From assembly GCA_043769645.1 (NCBI GenBank), contig JAYVJC010000042.1:990-64989 (forward strand): 64,000 bases of DNA, read 5' to 3'. The notes under the pieces are model-generated. The model saw only the letters and a list, made by a program, of their open reading frames with translations. It was not told the origin of the DNA and did no database searches. The translations under genes were made by a program, and so were the position numbers. Positions within the stretch are counted from its first letter, which is position 1, and every line of letters begins with the position of its first letter. The DNA comes from Candidatus Altimarinota bacterium. Lineage in GTDB: Bacteria; Patescibacteriota; Gracilibacteria; BD1-5; UBA2023. Shown here piece after piece: positions 41,805 through 52,273 of this stretch.

Positions 41805-41894
41805 AAAATATGAATCCGAACTTATCTTAGTATTTATTTCTCTTTCAAGAGTATAAGCAGGTTTTCGAGGAGGATTGAGGGGAGTTTTTTTGTT

Positions 41895-42113
41895 TTAGAT
41901 AGTATCTAAAATGTGTTTGAAAGGGAAGTTATTTTCAAGTGATTCCATTCAAAGAATAATTGTAATTTGCTGACTTTTATCTGGATACAGATTTTCAAAG
42001 GGAAGTATCTCGATTGCTTCTCAGGGAGGGGTTTCCTTTCGAGACGTTTTCGATCGTACTGGCCTTCCATCGATCGAAGAGAGTTCGCCTTCTCAAGCTT
42101 GTGTGGCTTTCAT
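41895..42113 (-). CDS. Hypothetical small protein (72 aa after recoding)
   Basis: ATG 42111-42113 to TAA 41895-41897 with 3 TGA. It is absent from the standard-code track. Confidence 0.3.
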
Positions 42114-42434
42114 GAGAAATATATTATCAAATAATAAGATTATTGTATTCTTACCCCTACTATTTGTCAAGTAATTTTTATAGTGTAGAGTATGACTTGC
42201 GAAAATGTCCATTTCGGGTAGTATTGGTAGGTAAATAGGTGTCATTCAGAGGTACTTGGGAATCCACTTTGTGATTGGTGTCATACCAGCCCCGAGTACT
42301 CGTGAGAAAGTTCCCTTTGGTTTCGAATACAGATTGAATACTCTAAGAAAAGGGATTCCTCCGCTTCTTTTCACTTCGCTCCACTCCGGTCGGAATGACA
42401 AAAAATGTCTCCACTCGTAATAGTTTAAGACTGG

Positions 42435-42457
42435 ACTCCCTTTTTCACGGGAATGAC
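42435..42457. repeat. REP-like hairpin (ACTCCCTTTTTCACGGGAATGAC, degenerate)
   Basis: Same family as 2829-2851. Confidence 0.7.
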
Positions 42458-42478
42458 AAAACTAACTTCCCTACTTCA

Positions 42479-42596
42479 CAGCCCACCTTCTTTCTATCGT
42501 CTCTACCGTTCCATCACTTCTACCGTCCCAACCTTATCAGCCCACCTTCTTTCTATCGTCTCTACCGTTCCATCACTTCTACCGTCCCAACCTTCC
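42479..42596. repeat. Tandem duplication, 2 x 59 nt (CAGCCCACCTTCTTTCTATCGTCTCTACCGTTCCATCACTTCTACCGTCCCAACCTT..)
   Basis: The two adjacent units differ only in their last 2 nt. The array is pyrimidine-rich and lies immediately upstream of the ZIP transporter gene. Confidence 0.9.
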
Positions 42597-42631
42597 CAGC
42601 GTCCCTGTATACTAGCTAACCAGCTTCCCCC

Positions 42632-43423
42632 ATGTTCCTCCCCCTCTTCATCCTCTTCCTGATATCGAGTGTCGGTATACTCCTCATCGCTCTGAGACAG
42701 ATCAATCAGACATTTATCAACCTCCTCATCGCCCTTGGAGCGGGATCGATGCTCGCGGTTTCACTCGTCCATATCCTCAGAGAATCACTCGAGCAGAGCG
42801 AGTATGCAATCTACACATTCGTAGCTGGGTTTCTCCTCATCTACCTCATAGAGGAACTCCTCACTCCACACCATCATGACCACGCGCACGAAGACCATGC
42901 GCATGAAGACCCACATGAACACCTGGATCATGTCGCCATCGTATCATTCATCTCGATCGGTATCCATACACTCTTCGATGGCCTTGCTATACGAGCGGGA
43001 TTCGGGATTTCCGAAACGGTCGGATATGCTGCCCTCGTAGGGATCGCGATTCACCAGGTTCCTGTTTCTCTCTCGCTCGCAGCCATTTTCCGGGCTTCCC
43101 ATTTCACCCGAAAGATGCAAATGCTCTTCTTATTCCTGTTTGCCCTCGCGGCACCACTCGGATTCTGGATTTCCGATATCCTCCTCGACCACTCGAATAT
43201 GATCCTCACCGCTCTCGCTACAGCACTTGCTGGAGGATCCCTCCTCTATGTGGCAACCGCGGATCTCCTACCGGTCATCCATTCACAAACGAAACATAAA
43301 TATGCGACGGTATGCCTCTTCCTCATAGGTACTATAGCGATGACGAGCCTCGGACTCTTCGAAAAGAAAACTACTCCTTCCAAACCTATTCCTGAGTTTC
43401 AAGAAGGCATGGGAGTACAGTAA
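42632..43423 (+). CDS. ZIP-family divalent metal (zinc) transporter
   Basis: Track ORF of 263 aa. It has a His-rich loop HHHDHAHEDHAHEDPHEH and the motifs HTLFDGLAI and HQVPVSLSL. Confidence 0.9.
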   Translation: MFLPLFILFLISSVGILLIALRQINQTFINLLIALGAGSMLAVSLVHILRESLEQSEYAIYTFVAGFLLIYLIEELLTPHHHDHAHEDHAHEDPHEHLDHVAIVSFISIGIHTLFDGLAIRAGFGISETVGYAALVGIAIHQVPVSLSLAAIFRASHFTRKMQMLFLFLFALAAPLGFWISDILLDHSNMILTALATALAGGSLLYVATADLLPVIHSQTKHKYATVCLFLIGTIAMTSLGLFEKKTTPSKPIPEFQEGMGVQ

Positions 43424-43437
43424 TATATAAGATCTGT

Positions 43438-43992
43438 CTAATGGAATCTAACAGGCGCTCCTTTTAAAGTAGCTAAACGAAGTTCATCTTCAGTATTTCT
43501 GATATGAAATTCCTGGAGGACTCTATCTGCCTGAGCTTCCATTATGAGGTCTGATTCACGCAATATAGTATTCACAGCGTCCAAACTTCTCTCTATTTGT
43601 GATACATTTTCACCCAACGAATCTATAACATCCTTAATATTTCATACAAGAAAGCGCATCATCGGTTCGGACATTTTTGCCTCATCAGAATCATAAAGGA
43701 TAGAATCTATAATGAGTAACTGATCCTCTCTAGAACAATGGTGATAATACTCTATAAATTCTGGAATGAATACGTCACTCTCGATGAATGACTGAAGTCA
43801 TTCAGAGGCTGTTTTTGCTTGAGAGGGTTCGATTACTACACCATCGCACATATCGAGGAGGAAATATTCGACTCTTTCTTGCGTTTCTTCAGAAAGTTCT
43901 GAAGTCTTCGCTCCAATGGCATGAATCATTTCATCAAACTCGATAAGCTCGGGCGTCCATGCTTCTTCCGAAGATGGTAGTGGTTCTTCCAT
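43438..43992 (-). CDS. Hypothetical acidic protein (184 aa after recoding)
   Basis: Track ORF 43798..43992 continues through TGA to TAG 43438-43440. Confidence 0.45.
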
Positions 43993-44126
43993 AAGAGAAA
44001 ATTAATATTATTAGTAATATATACTAATAAAATACATTGTCAAAATACTTTTGGCCCCTCTGAATCTGCGAGCTACTTACTTCAACTGGAGAGTACTTTT
44101 CTGAATTGAGCTTCCTAAAAAATCCC

Positions 44127-44783
44127 CTACTTTCGGATATCTCGCAGTCTCAAAAGCGGATAGACCAGAGTCTGCATTCCATCAGCAAATGAATTGTGCT
44201 GGTACTCCTGACCGTAGACGATAAGCACATTTGAGGTGAGTACGAATGACTGGTAGTGCAATATATTAGTCGTTCCATCAAGAATCCAGGCTCTGTCAGC
44301 ATTGGAAAGTGGTCCCATCCGCAAACTCAGTCGTGACTCGATATTTTTTCTCCATACTGGTCCAAGTCGAAAAGGAAGCCCTTGTGAATCATAGAGGTCG
44401 GATATTTGGAGTCGCTTCTTCGTATTCTTATCGATGACGATACCGATTCGAGCATTGCTTCCATGAGCTCCTCCTGTATACTGGTAGCTTGTAATCAGGA
44501 GAGAGATAATATCAGTATTTTCATATAGCTTCTGAACTCGAATATCATATTCCCAAGTAGCTGGATCTTGAGAGGTTCCCTTTTCATCATTTCCGAGTGA
44601 GAATGCAAGGACTGGATTTTCTGGGAGGAATTTCTGGATTTCTCAGTCAATAATCATATCCACATAGGCCTCCAGATGAGGACGTTCGATACTAACTTTT
44701 GATCCATCAGTATTCATATAGTTCGAAGCCGAAACTCCAGAAATGAGCGCAATGGAAATCAAGAGTGCTAACAAATATTTCAT
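44127..44783 (-). CDS. Secreted DUF3298/DUF4163-type protein
   Basis: Track ORFs 44643..44897 and 44127..44324 are in one frame. The start is set at the internal Met (44783), which gives the signal peptide MKYLLALLISIALISGVSA. It contains the YTGGAHG motif typical of DUF3298. Confidence 0.65.
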
Positions 44784-44933
44784 ATGAAGAACGAATAAAT
44801 AAAGTGCTTGAATCATAGGGATTCTAGAAAAAAAGTAAATATAAAAGAGAGAAAACTCTTGGAAGGAAAAGGATTCAAGATATAGTATGAGGTACATAGA
44901 GTCTATAAAAAAAATCCTACTATCCTCTCCTCT

Positions 44934-45821
44934 ATGAAATACGCCCTCCCCACTACCCCAGCCTCCGGTATAGAGTTTGCTCTTGGGATTTCGATTGTTC
45001 TTACGATTCTGAAAGCAATAATCGGATTCACGTCGGGATCGCTCGCGATCCTGGGTTCAGCACTCGACTCATTGATGGATATCTTCGTTTCCGGGGTAAA
45101 TGTCACCGCTCTCAAGCTCTCTGAGCGAGTACGAAGTCGCGATTTTACCTATGGTCTTGGCAAAGTACAAGGTTTTGCGGCTATTTTTGAGGGAATTGTT
45201 GTCCTCTCTTCAGGAGTATTTCTCGGATACCACGGTATTCTCAATTTCATAGCCAAAAAAGCCCCAGAAGTCACCTCCATAGAAATCATTATCATGCTCG
45301 TCGCCATCGTAGGAACATCTGTAATCATGTGGAATTTTCTGCGCATTAGTAAGCTACACAATTCCCTCCTTATTAAGGCAGATGCGCTTCACTACTCCTC
45401 TGACCTCTACATGAATGGAGGTATTCTCATCGCTCTCATCGCGAGTAAGTACCTCGGTCTCTGGTGGTGTGACTCAGTATTCGCATTGGGGATCGGTCTC
45501 TGGATACTCTCCAACGCCCTTCCGATTATCGGAAGTGGTATCTCGATGCTCCTGGATCGATCTCTTGACCCGACGAGTATCGAAAAGATCGAAAAAATGC
45601 TCCTCACAAATCCTGCCATAGAAAGCTTCCACTATCTCAAAACTCGCAAATCCTGAGATGATATCTTTATCGAGGCCCATATTGTTTTTCGAGATAAGAC
45701 GATATCGCTAAGAAAGGCTCATGATACGGGAGAAATACTCGAGAATGCGCTGAGAAAAATATTCCCAGGATCGACGATCACCCTCCACCTTGATACGGAA
45801 GGACTCGAGGAAGGAGAATAG
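44934..45821 (+). CDS. Cation diffusion facilitator (CDF) family metal efflux transporter
   Basis: Track ORF 44934..45656 continues past one TGA into the cytoplasmic C-terminal domain, ending at TAG 45819-45821. Motifs: ALDSLMD and HYSSD. Confidence 0.9.
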
Positions 45822-45886
45822 TGTTCTCTTTTAGTATTACTGGAGGTTGTTCACTACTGGAACTCATAAAGATATGTCAGATAAAA

Positions 45887-45913
45887 AAATCTCCTTTCTT
45901 AGGAGATTTTTTT
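45887..45913. terminator. Bidirectional intrinsic terminator
   Basis: 9-bp stem AAATCTCCT / AGGAGATTT flanked by an A-run and a T-run. Confidence 0.7.
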
Positions 45914-46264
45914 AAATTAAATTTTCATTAGTCAGCAAATGGTTTTCCTGGCTTAAACATATCAGATTCCATAAGGCGTGCTGCCCTTTCTTGAAAATCT
46001 ATTTGAGTTCATGGAGCCTGAAGCCAATCTTTGTTGGCTCAAGCAATAACATTTTTTGGAACTGTAAGTCAAGTTTGTCTACTTATTGGTTCTTCATTCA
46101 TAGGTATCCCATTAAAATCTTTTCACATAGTTATAAATTATTAAGAATAGATTGAACGTATTCATTGTATTACATTTTTATTACTTGTCAAATATACTAT
46201 TGAAAATAATATTTCCTCGATTTCGAACGGATATATCTATCTGCTAAAATCTATCTGCTACAAA

Positions 46265-46888
46265 CTACTTCACTTCCGTGAAGAGCGCTTCTTTCGTAAA
46301 TCGTGATTTTGGACGAGGAGCTTCATCAGGAGCTCGGTACCCGATCGGGAGGAGAACGACCGCCTTTTGAGATTCTGGAAGTGAGAGAATAGACGTGACC
46401 GCCGTAGGATCGAATCCTTCCATCGGACATGAGTCGATCTCGAGCTCTGCCAGAGCCGCCATCGCAAATCCATGAGCGATATAGGTTTGCTTCGCTGACC
46501 AAGCAAGGACATCTTTCGGGTCAGTCTTCCCTTCCACGAATCCTCCTACCATATCTTCATATCCCTTGAGCATAGCGCGAACATCTGGATTCCCACCAGA
46601 AAGGAGCGTGAAGAACTCCTCCTTCAGCGGAGCGAGATCCGTTCGGGCAGTAAAGACTATAAGATGAGAACAACTTCCGATCTGAGGCTGATTCCATGCT
46701 ACCGCTTGGATTTTATCTTTTACCTCTTGGTTTGTGACCACGTAGAAATGGTACGGCTGCATCCCGAATGATGTCGGAGTGAGTCGGATGGCTTCGAGGA
46801 CCGAGTCGAGATCCGCATCAGAAACCTTTCGAGAACTATCGAATTTTTTGGTCGCATAGCGCCAGTTGAGGTTGGTAAGGAAAGACAT
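46265..46888 (-). CDS. NAD(P)H nitroreductase family oxidoreductase
   Basis: Track ORF of 207 aa with a TAG stop. The N-terminus NWRYATKKFD and overall layout fit the NfsB/FRase-I-like family. It is divergent from an HxlR regulator gene. Confidence 0.85.
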   Translation of the reverse strand: MSFLTNLNWRYATKKFDSSRKVSDADLDSVLEAIRLTPTSFGMQPYHFYVVTNQEVKDKIQAVAWNQPQIGSCSHLIVFTARTDLAPLKEEFFTLLSGGNPDVRAMLKGYEDMVGGFVEGKTDPKDVLAWSAKQTYIAHGFAMAALAELEIDSCPMEGFDPTAVTSILSLPESQKAVVLLPIGYRAPDEAPRPKSRFTKEALFTEVK

Positions 46889-47170
46889 AGGAAGGGAGTT
46901 AATAATTAATAATTAAAAATTAAAAATAAAGAATATAGAAACAGGGAGAAACGGTAATCTCTGTAGATAAAGATATCTATACTTTCATGAGTAATATTTG
47001 AAAATACTTTACTTTATAAACTAATCTGATAGTATGCAAAAGTTCAGGGAATGCAAATTTATTGCAATCAAAATAAAATTATATACTATAAATACATAGA
47101 CAAAGCTTGTTCATAGTGTCTTCTGAATTTATAGAACTTTCTTTTGATTCTCAAATCTAAATACTCTTTT

Positions 47171-47488
47171 ATGGTAAAATCTCCCCAGTGTACCTGTCCG
47201 AAAGCCCAAACCCTCTTTACCCTCCTCGGAAAGAAATGGGTCATCTTTATCATGCAGGCGGTCGGTGATGGCAATCATAGCTTCAAGACTATCCGTGAAG
47301 CGATCGGAAGTCCGAATACGAAAATCCTGACAGATCGGCTCGAAGAACTCACTGAGTGTGGGATACTCGTGAGAAAAGTCGGTGCCGAAACACCAGGTGC
47401 TATTCGCTATACCCTATCTTCCATAGGTTCTGATCTCGAGAAAAAACTCATCGAAGTAAGCCACTGGTGGGGAGAAATGGTACAATAA
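47171..47488 (+). CDS. HxlR-family transcriptional regulator
   Basis: Track ORF 47144..47488 starts at TTG; ATG 47171 is preferred. It carries the CPKAQTLFTLLGKKWVIFIM signature. Confidence 0.85.
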   Translation: MVKSPQCTCPKAQTLFTLLGKKWVIFIMQAVGDGNHSFKTIREAIGSPNTKILTDRLEELTECGILVRKVGAETPGAIRYTLSSIGSDLEKKLIEVSHWWGEMVQ

Positions 47489-47497
47489 ATATAATAA

Positions 47498-47749
47498 TTA
47501 CTCTTGTTCAAAAGCGAAAGTACGAGTATTTATATGATGCTTAAATCATCGTAATTTTCGTCTTTCCCGAAGTTGTAGAAGTCTTTTTTCTAAATTTGAA
47601 CCCAAGTTATTTAGATCTCCGATTCCACGATCAATACTTTCAGATTCATTTAAATTACTTGCGAAAGGCCTTATCGATAAAAGTAACTTAATGTCCCATT
47701 GTATTTTCTGAATTAATGCCCGAGTTCTCCTACCTTTCTTATCGCTCAT
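47498..47749 (-). CDS. Hypothetical small protein
   Basis: Track ORF 47546..47749 (67 aa) plus 16 codons of TGA read-through to TAA. Confidence 0.3.
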
Positions 47750-47941
47750 TTAGATTCTATCTCAAGCCAGAGCTTATAAATATTTCAAAGTTTTGTTTCG
47801 GTTCAGATATTCATAAGAAGATGTGACTATTATTTTTAGGTAATTTAAACTAAGGTTATAAATAGTCAATTTATTCTCTACTTTATTCCAAATAGAATCA
47901 AAAATGAATAATTTACTATAGTATATTACGCGAAGCTCGTT

Positions 47942-48322
47942 CTAATTTTTCAATACCCTAGTATCATTCGATAGATTTGTATCTGATCAAAAAATCTTTT
48001 TAACGGTATCGAGCGTCGCTCAAAGAGTAGGATATCTTGTAATAATCTCGCATATTTGTTCCACTGGTTCTGGTGATACGTCTTCTTCCCTCTTGGTCAA
48101 GGATTCGAGAAAGATGGTACGAATGCGGTGACGAACTCATCTTACAGTATTGTATACGACATAGAGAGGGTTAGAGTGAAGAGCATTCCTTGTTTCGGCT
48201 TCATAGTTCTCAAATGGATACGTCTCATGGTTTCGTCAGAGCAGATCTAACCTCTTTGCATGAGCTAATTCTTCTTGAGAGCGAGAAACCTCTTCTCGAA
48301 TAATAGAATTAATGACGGGCAT
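47942..48322 (-). CDS. Hypothetical protein (126 aa after recoding)
   Basis: ATG 48320-48322 to TAG 47942-47944 with 4 TGA. It is absent from the standard-code track. Confidence 0.4.
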
Positions 48323-48402
48323 AGTAAAAAGTATTAGGAATTAAATATTGGCAATATCTCTCAGAGCGGAAAGATTTATATTTCAAAATTTGAGTGACTC
48401 AG

Positions 48403-48858
48403 CTATCGTATGTGCGCTTCCCCATTTATCATATCTTTTTCGGTAGGCTCATACAGCCATGCTCGTTCGAATAGATCATTTTGACAATGTACATAAATAA
48501 ACCCATTATCTCGTCCTAGTAACTCCTGAATCTTGTCAGCTACTACTCACATCTTTTCAAGTGTAAGCTCTCTTCTCGTAATAGTTGGTCATAGATATTG
48601 AGTCATCTCTCTCTCAGAATCCAATTTATACCAAGGAATAAGAGAAATAATATGCCGAACTCATATGCTGTATAAGGTTTCCAGTTGATGTGAATAGACG
48701 ATGCCTCAGCGGTAGAGTCACTCTTTTACTTGAGCAAACCGAACTGGAAAATCAGATGGAGAAACCATTTCTACATACCCAACTGGAGCAGGATCCTGGG
48801 CCTTACTTCGAAACTGAGGCTCATCAGGGTGAGATTCCCAGAGAGAAATATACTGCAT
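48403..48858 (-). CDS. Hypothetical protein, dual-specificity/tyrosine-phosphatase-like (motif degenerate)
   Basis: ATG 48856-48858 to TAG 48403-48405 with 5 TGA. GLYRGGIVYSHQLETLYSIGVRHIISL and IYVHCQNDLFER resemble DSP/OCA-type phosphatases. The CX5R loop is not intact. Confidence 0.35.
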
Positions 48859-48979
48859 ACTTTATATACTTATATTGTGTATAATATATAAAATAAATAT
48901 ATGTCAATACTTTATAAAGACTGCACTATATTAGTACTTAGAGAAGTATTATATCTCATATCAAATATGAGATACAAAG

Positions 48980-49369
48980 CTAGAAAAGAAATAAAAATAT
49001 TTTATAAATATGTATCCCGATTAGCATACTAAACCCTGTAAAAGTCATCACCATAGAAGCTATTCGCAATATCATATTTGGCTTGAGAAAAGCGAATAAG
49101 ATGCCATGAATATATCTACCGATTATGAATACCGTACTCGCTACAACAAGGTACATTTGAGGAAAAGTATAGAACTCAGCAAGTCCAAGAAGGATAAGAA
49201 ACAGTGGAGCATATTCAGTGAGGTTTCCATGTCCACGAACCGCTCGTTCGAGTGTTTCAGGAAGAGTATTTTTACCACTCCTTCGAAGTCATATAACTCG
49301 GATGGAAAGAGTGATGAGGAGGATTGAGAGTATAAGACTACTCACTGTGGTGATAAAAAAAGGATACAT
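48980..49369 (-). CDS. MAPEG-family membrane protein
   Basis: 129 aa with one TGA. RAVRGHGNLTEYAPLFLILLGLAE...IIGRYIHG matches bacterial MAPEG proteins. Confidence 0.6.
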
Positions 49370-49392
49370 ATAAAAAATTGAGTATATAAAAA

Positions 49393-50784
49393 TTAGCATC
49401 CCTTACTTTTCAGCCATTCGACAAGGGTATCCAGTTTGACCACCTCCTGTTCTCCAGTATCTCGATCTCGTACGGTGACTTGTCCTTGGTTATAGTTCTC
49501 AGGTTCGACGCAGATGGAAAATGGGATACCGATCTCATCCGCTCGCTGATAGCGTTTCCCGATCGTTCCTGCTTCATCATACTCAGAGACAAAATGAGGC
49601 GAGAGGAGATCATAGAGCGCATTGGCCTCGGGGGCAAATTTCTTCACGAGTGGAAAGATCCCTACCTTAATGGGTGCGACCTGAGGCGCGAATCGCATCA
49701 CGACCTTCGAAGTTCCCTCTTCTCCTGGAACTTCATCATACGCGTCACACATCGCCGCGAGGGTAAGGCGAGAGAGTCCAATCGAGGGTTCGATGACATA
49801 GGGGATATATTTCTCGTTCGTGAATGGGTCGAAGTACGAGAGATCCGCCTTCGAAAGTTCCATATGTGCCTTGAGATCGTAGTCAGTTCTATTGGCAAGT
49901 GTCGAGATCTCTCCCCAACCAAATGGAAAAAGGTATTCGAAATCTCAGGCTCGTTTCGAATAGTGTGGAAGTCCTTCTTTCGGGATTTCGACAAATCGGA
50001 CTTTTTCAGGAGTGAATCCGAGCACTTCCGTGAAAAATTTCCCTTCGTCGAGGAGCCACGTCTCGAAGAGCTCGGCATCCGTTCCGGGCTTACAGAAATA
50101 TTCGATCTCGATCTGCTCGAATTCTCGAGTACGGAAGATGAAGTTCTTCGGAGTGATCTCATTGCGAAATGCTTTTCCACACTGCGCGACACCGAAAGGG
50201 ATCTTCTTGCGAGAACTTCGTGCGATATTTGGGAAATTTACAAAGATTCATTGAGCGGTCTCAGGCCGAAGATAGACAAGCGCAGTGGCATCTTCCGTCA
50301 CTCCCTGATGGGTCGAGAGCATGAGGTTGAATCGTTTAACCTCTCCCCAGTTCTTCGCACCACAGTTCGGACAAGCGAGATATCCGAGAGTATTGAAGCT
50401 ATTGAGATCCTCGAGTGAGGTCTTGTCACCTGCCCAATTCGCAGGAACAGGAAATTTGGTATCTTTTTCGAGTGCTTCCTCAATCAACTTATCTGCACGA
50501 TGACGCGTATGACATTCCTTACATTCCATGAGAGGATCAGAGAAGGATCCGACGTGACCCGATGCTACCCACGTCTGTGGGTTCATCATAATCGCCGCAT
50601 CGAGGAGGACCATATCCTTTCGTTTCTGGACGAATTCTCGAATCCAAAGATTTTTGATATTTTCCTTCAGGAGGGCTCCAAGTGGACCATAATCCCACGA
50701 GTTTGCGAGGCCTCAGTAGATTTCAGAACCTTGGTAGACGAATCCCTTGGTTTTCGCGAAGGTGACGAGTGTGGACATTTCCAT
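49393..50784 (-). CDS. glyQS: Glycine--tRNA ligase (homodimeric GlyQS type)
   Basis: Track ORFs 50248..50613 and 49393..49863 are in one frame and joined across TGAs. The N-terminus is restored as [39 protein letters not shown] stop. Confidence 0.95.
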
Positions 50785-50900
50785 AAGGGTGAGGGTTACA
50801 AGTTATAAAGTTTTAAAGTTGGGATCGGATTTCCCCCTTGATAAAGGGGGGTAAGGGGGATTTGGATTTTGTCATTCTGAAGTTGTTTCTGGATCTTCGA

Positions 50901-51164
50901 TTATTTCTGGTTAACAAATATCCGCTTGAGCCATCCCATCGACAGTGTCGAGAGCGTGTAGCCGAGAGTTGGGATGATAGCATTCATAAGGGAGCGATCA
51001 TTCCCAAGCGACCAGAAAACAAGGATCATCACGAAATATGTCGTCATAATAATCCCAAGTCGGCGTTGCCACGAGGTTTCCCATTTTTTCTCAGCGTCCA
51101 CTCGACTATTGCGAGCCTGGAGAAGCTCGATTTCTTGTTCGAGATGTTCGAGAGAATTCTGCAT
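50901..51164 (-). CDS. Small membrane protein (87 aa)
   Basis: This is the C-terminal part of track ORF 50901..51458. The start is set at the internal Met, because the upstream part of that ORF is translated repeat DNA. It has a coiled N-terminus and 2 TM segments. Confidence 0.45.
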   Translation of the reverse strand: MQNSLEHLEQEIELLQARNSRVDAEKKWETSWQRRLGIIMTTYFVMILVFWSLGNDRSLMNAIIPTLGYTLSTLSMGWLKRIFVNQK

Positions 51165-51225
51165 ATTCAGAAACAAAAAAAGAACCCACAAAAAAGATTG
51201 TACTTTCTTGGGGTCCTTGTATTCG

Positions 51226-51262
51226 TAATTCGTAATTGATGAATTCGTAATTATTTGGACGG
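51226..51262. repeat. 37-nt dispersed repeat CTTGTATTCGTAATTCGTAATTGATGAATTCGTAATT
   Basis: Copy of 37233-37269. Confidence 0.85.
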
Positions 51263-51430
51263 TTCCACCCAAGTTTTCTTTCTCGATACGCGTATAAGCT
51301 TGGAGGCCTACGATATAAAAAAAGAACACTTTATCTGTCTCTCTTTCCTCCTCTAGACGCCACTCTAGATTCACGAGAAAAAGAATACTATGCCAAGTGT
51401 ACAAAAAAGAGAAGAAAATGCAAAAAATAT

Positions 51431-51459
51431 TTGCAAAGTAAGATAGATTGTGACACAAT
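51431..51459 (+). promoter_or_regulatory. Candidate promoter (TTGCAA-N17-CACAAT)
   Basis: Hexamers with 17-nt spacing, 48 nt upstream of ATG 51507. Confidence 0.3.
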
Positions 51460-51506
51460 GATTAAGTCGTTTCAAAAAAACATTTATTTCCCTCATCTTC
51501 ACTCAT

Positions 51507-51821
51507 ATGGCTATAGATATTCGTACTCACACTGAAAGTCTCTCCCATAAGAGTAAGACTGAACTTGCTAGTTTTGCACAAACCCGAGTTTCCACAGCAG
51601 TCAATATGGTGTTAAATCCGATTCGGTACACTGTAAACAAAGAAGATACTGTGACTTCAGTTTCTAGTATTTTAGGAATTAGTCCTTCTGTCCTTCAGCA
51701 GAACCTTCTTCTATGAGTAAGAGCTTGAATGGAACTGACCTATGACGGAGTTGAGGTTCGAATAGCTTCAGGGACTCATTTCGCTGCCGCGAGTAATACA
51801 TCATACGCTCTTGCGGCATAA
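51507..51821 (+). CDS. Small protein with a LysM-like segment (104 aa after recoding)
   Basis: Track ORF 51507..51716 plus TGA read-through to TAA 51819-51821. YTVNKEDTVTSVSSILGISPSVLQQN resembles a LysM motif. Confidence 0.4.
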
Positions 51822-51842
51822 TTAATTTATAACTTGTCAAAT

Positions 51843-52220
51843 ATGCCAGAAAAATCTAAAGAAATACCCTACATTACACGAGATGTCCCAGAAGAACCTT
51901 ACGAGGTTTTTAAAGATCCGAAAATTATTCAGCATATTCACGCTAGTATGATTCAGGCAGGTATTCCTAAAGAACAAGTATTTGTTGCAAGTTATAGATC
52001 AGGAACTATATCGATATCTTTAAAGGGGCTTGGGCAGATAAGTTTTGATCTCAACACCCACTATATAAAATCAGGTTGATGAATACAATTCACACCTGTC
52101 TGAATTGAAAGAATAAAATTAGAGTATAAAAAAAATAAACTAATATCAGATAGCTTACCTCGAAAAACGGCTCAGCTTGAACTCGATAAGCTATCTCAAG
52201 AAATTCTCACTACCGCCTAA
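51843..52220 (+). CDS. Hypothetical protein (125 aa after recoding)
   Basis: Track ORF 51834..52079 with ATG at 51843, continued through 3 TGA to TAA 52218-52220. The stop overlaps a terminator hairpin. Confidence 0.4.
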
Positions 52221-52236
52221 CTGGCGGTTTTATTTT
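52212..52236 (+). terminator. Intrinsic terminator
   Basis: ACCGCC-TAACT-GGCGGT stem followed by TTTTATTTT. Confidence 0.65.
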
Positions 52237-52273
52237 GCATTTTGAATTTTTCATTTTGCATTATAATACACGT

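Noticed and set aside
49480-50418. 312-aa track ORF on the plus strand. Similar long ORFs occur at 22412..23092, 60355..61149, 59549..60109, 33581..34234, 11949..12407 and 3203..3628.
   Set aside because: All are antisense shadows of confidently identified genes (glyQS, glmS, the PiT gene, dnaJ, the HIBADH-family gene, rplK and the methyltransferase).
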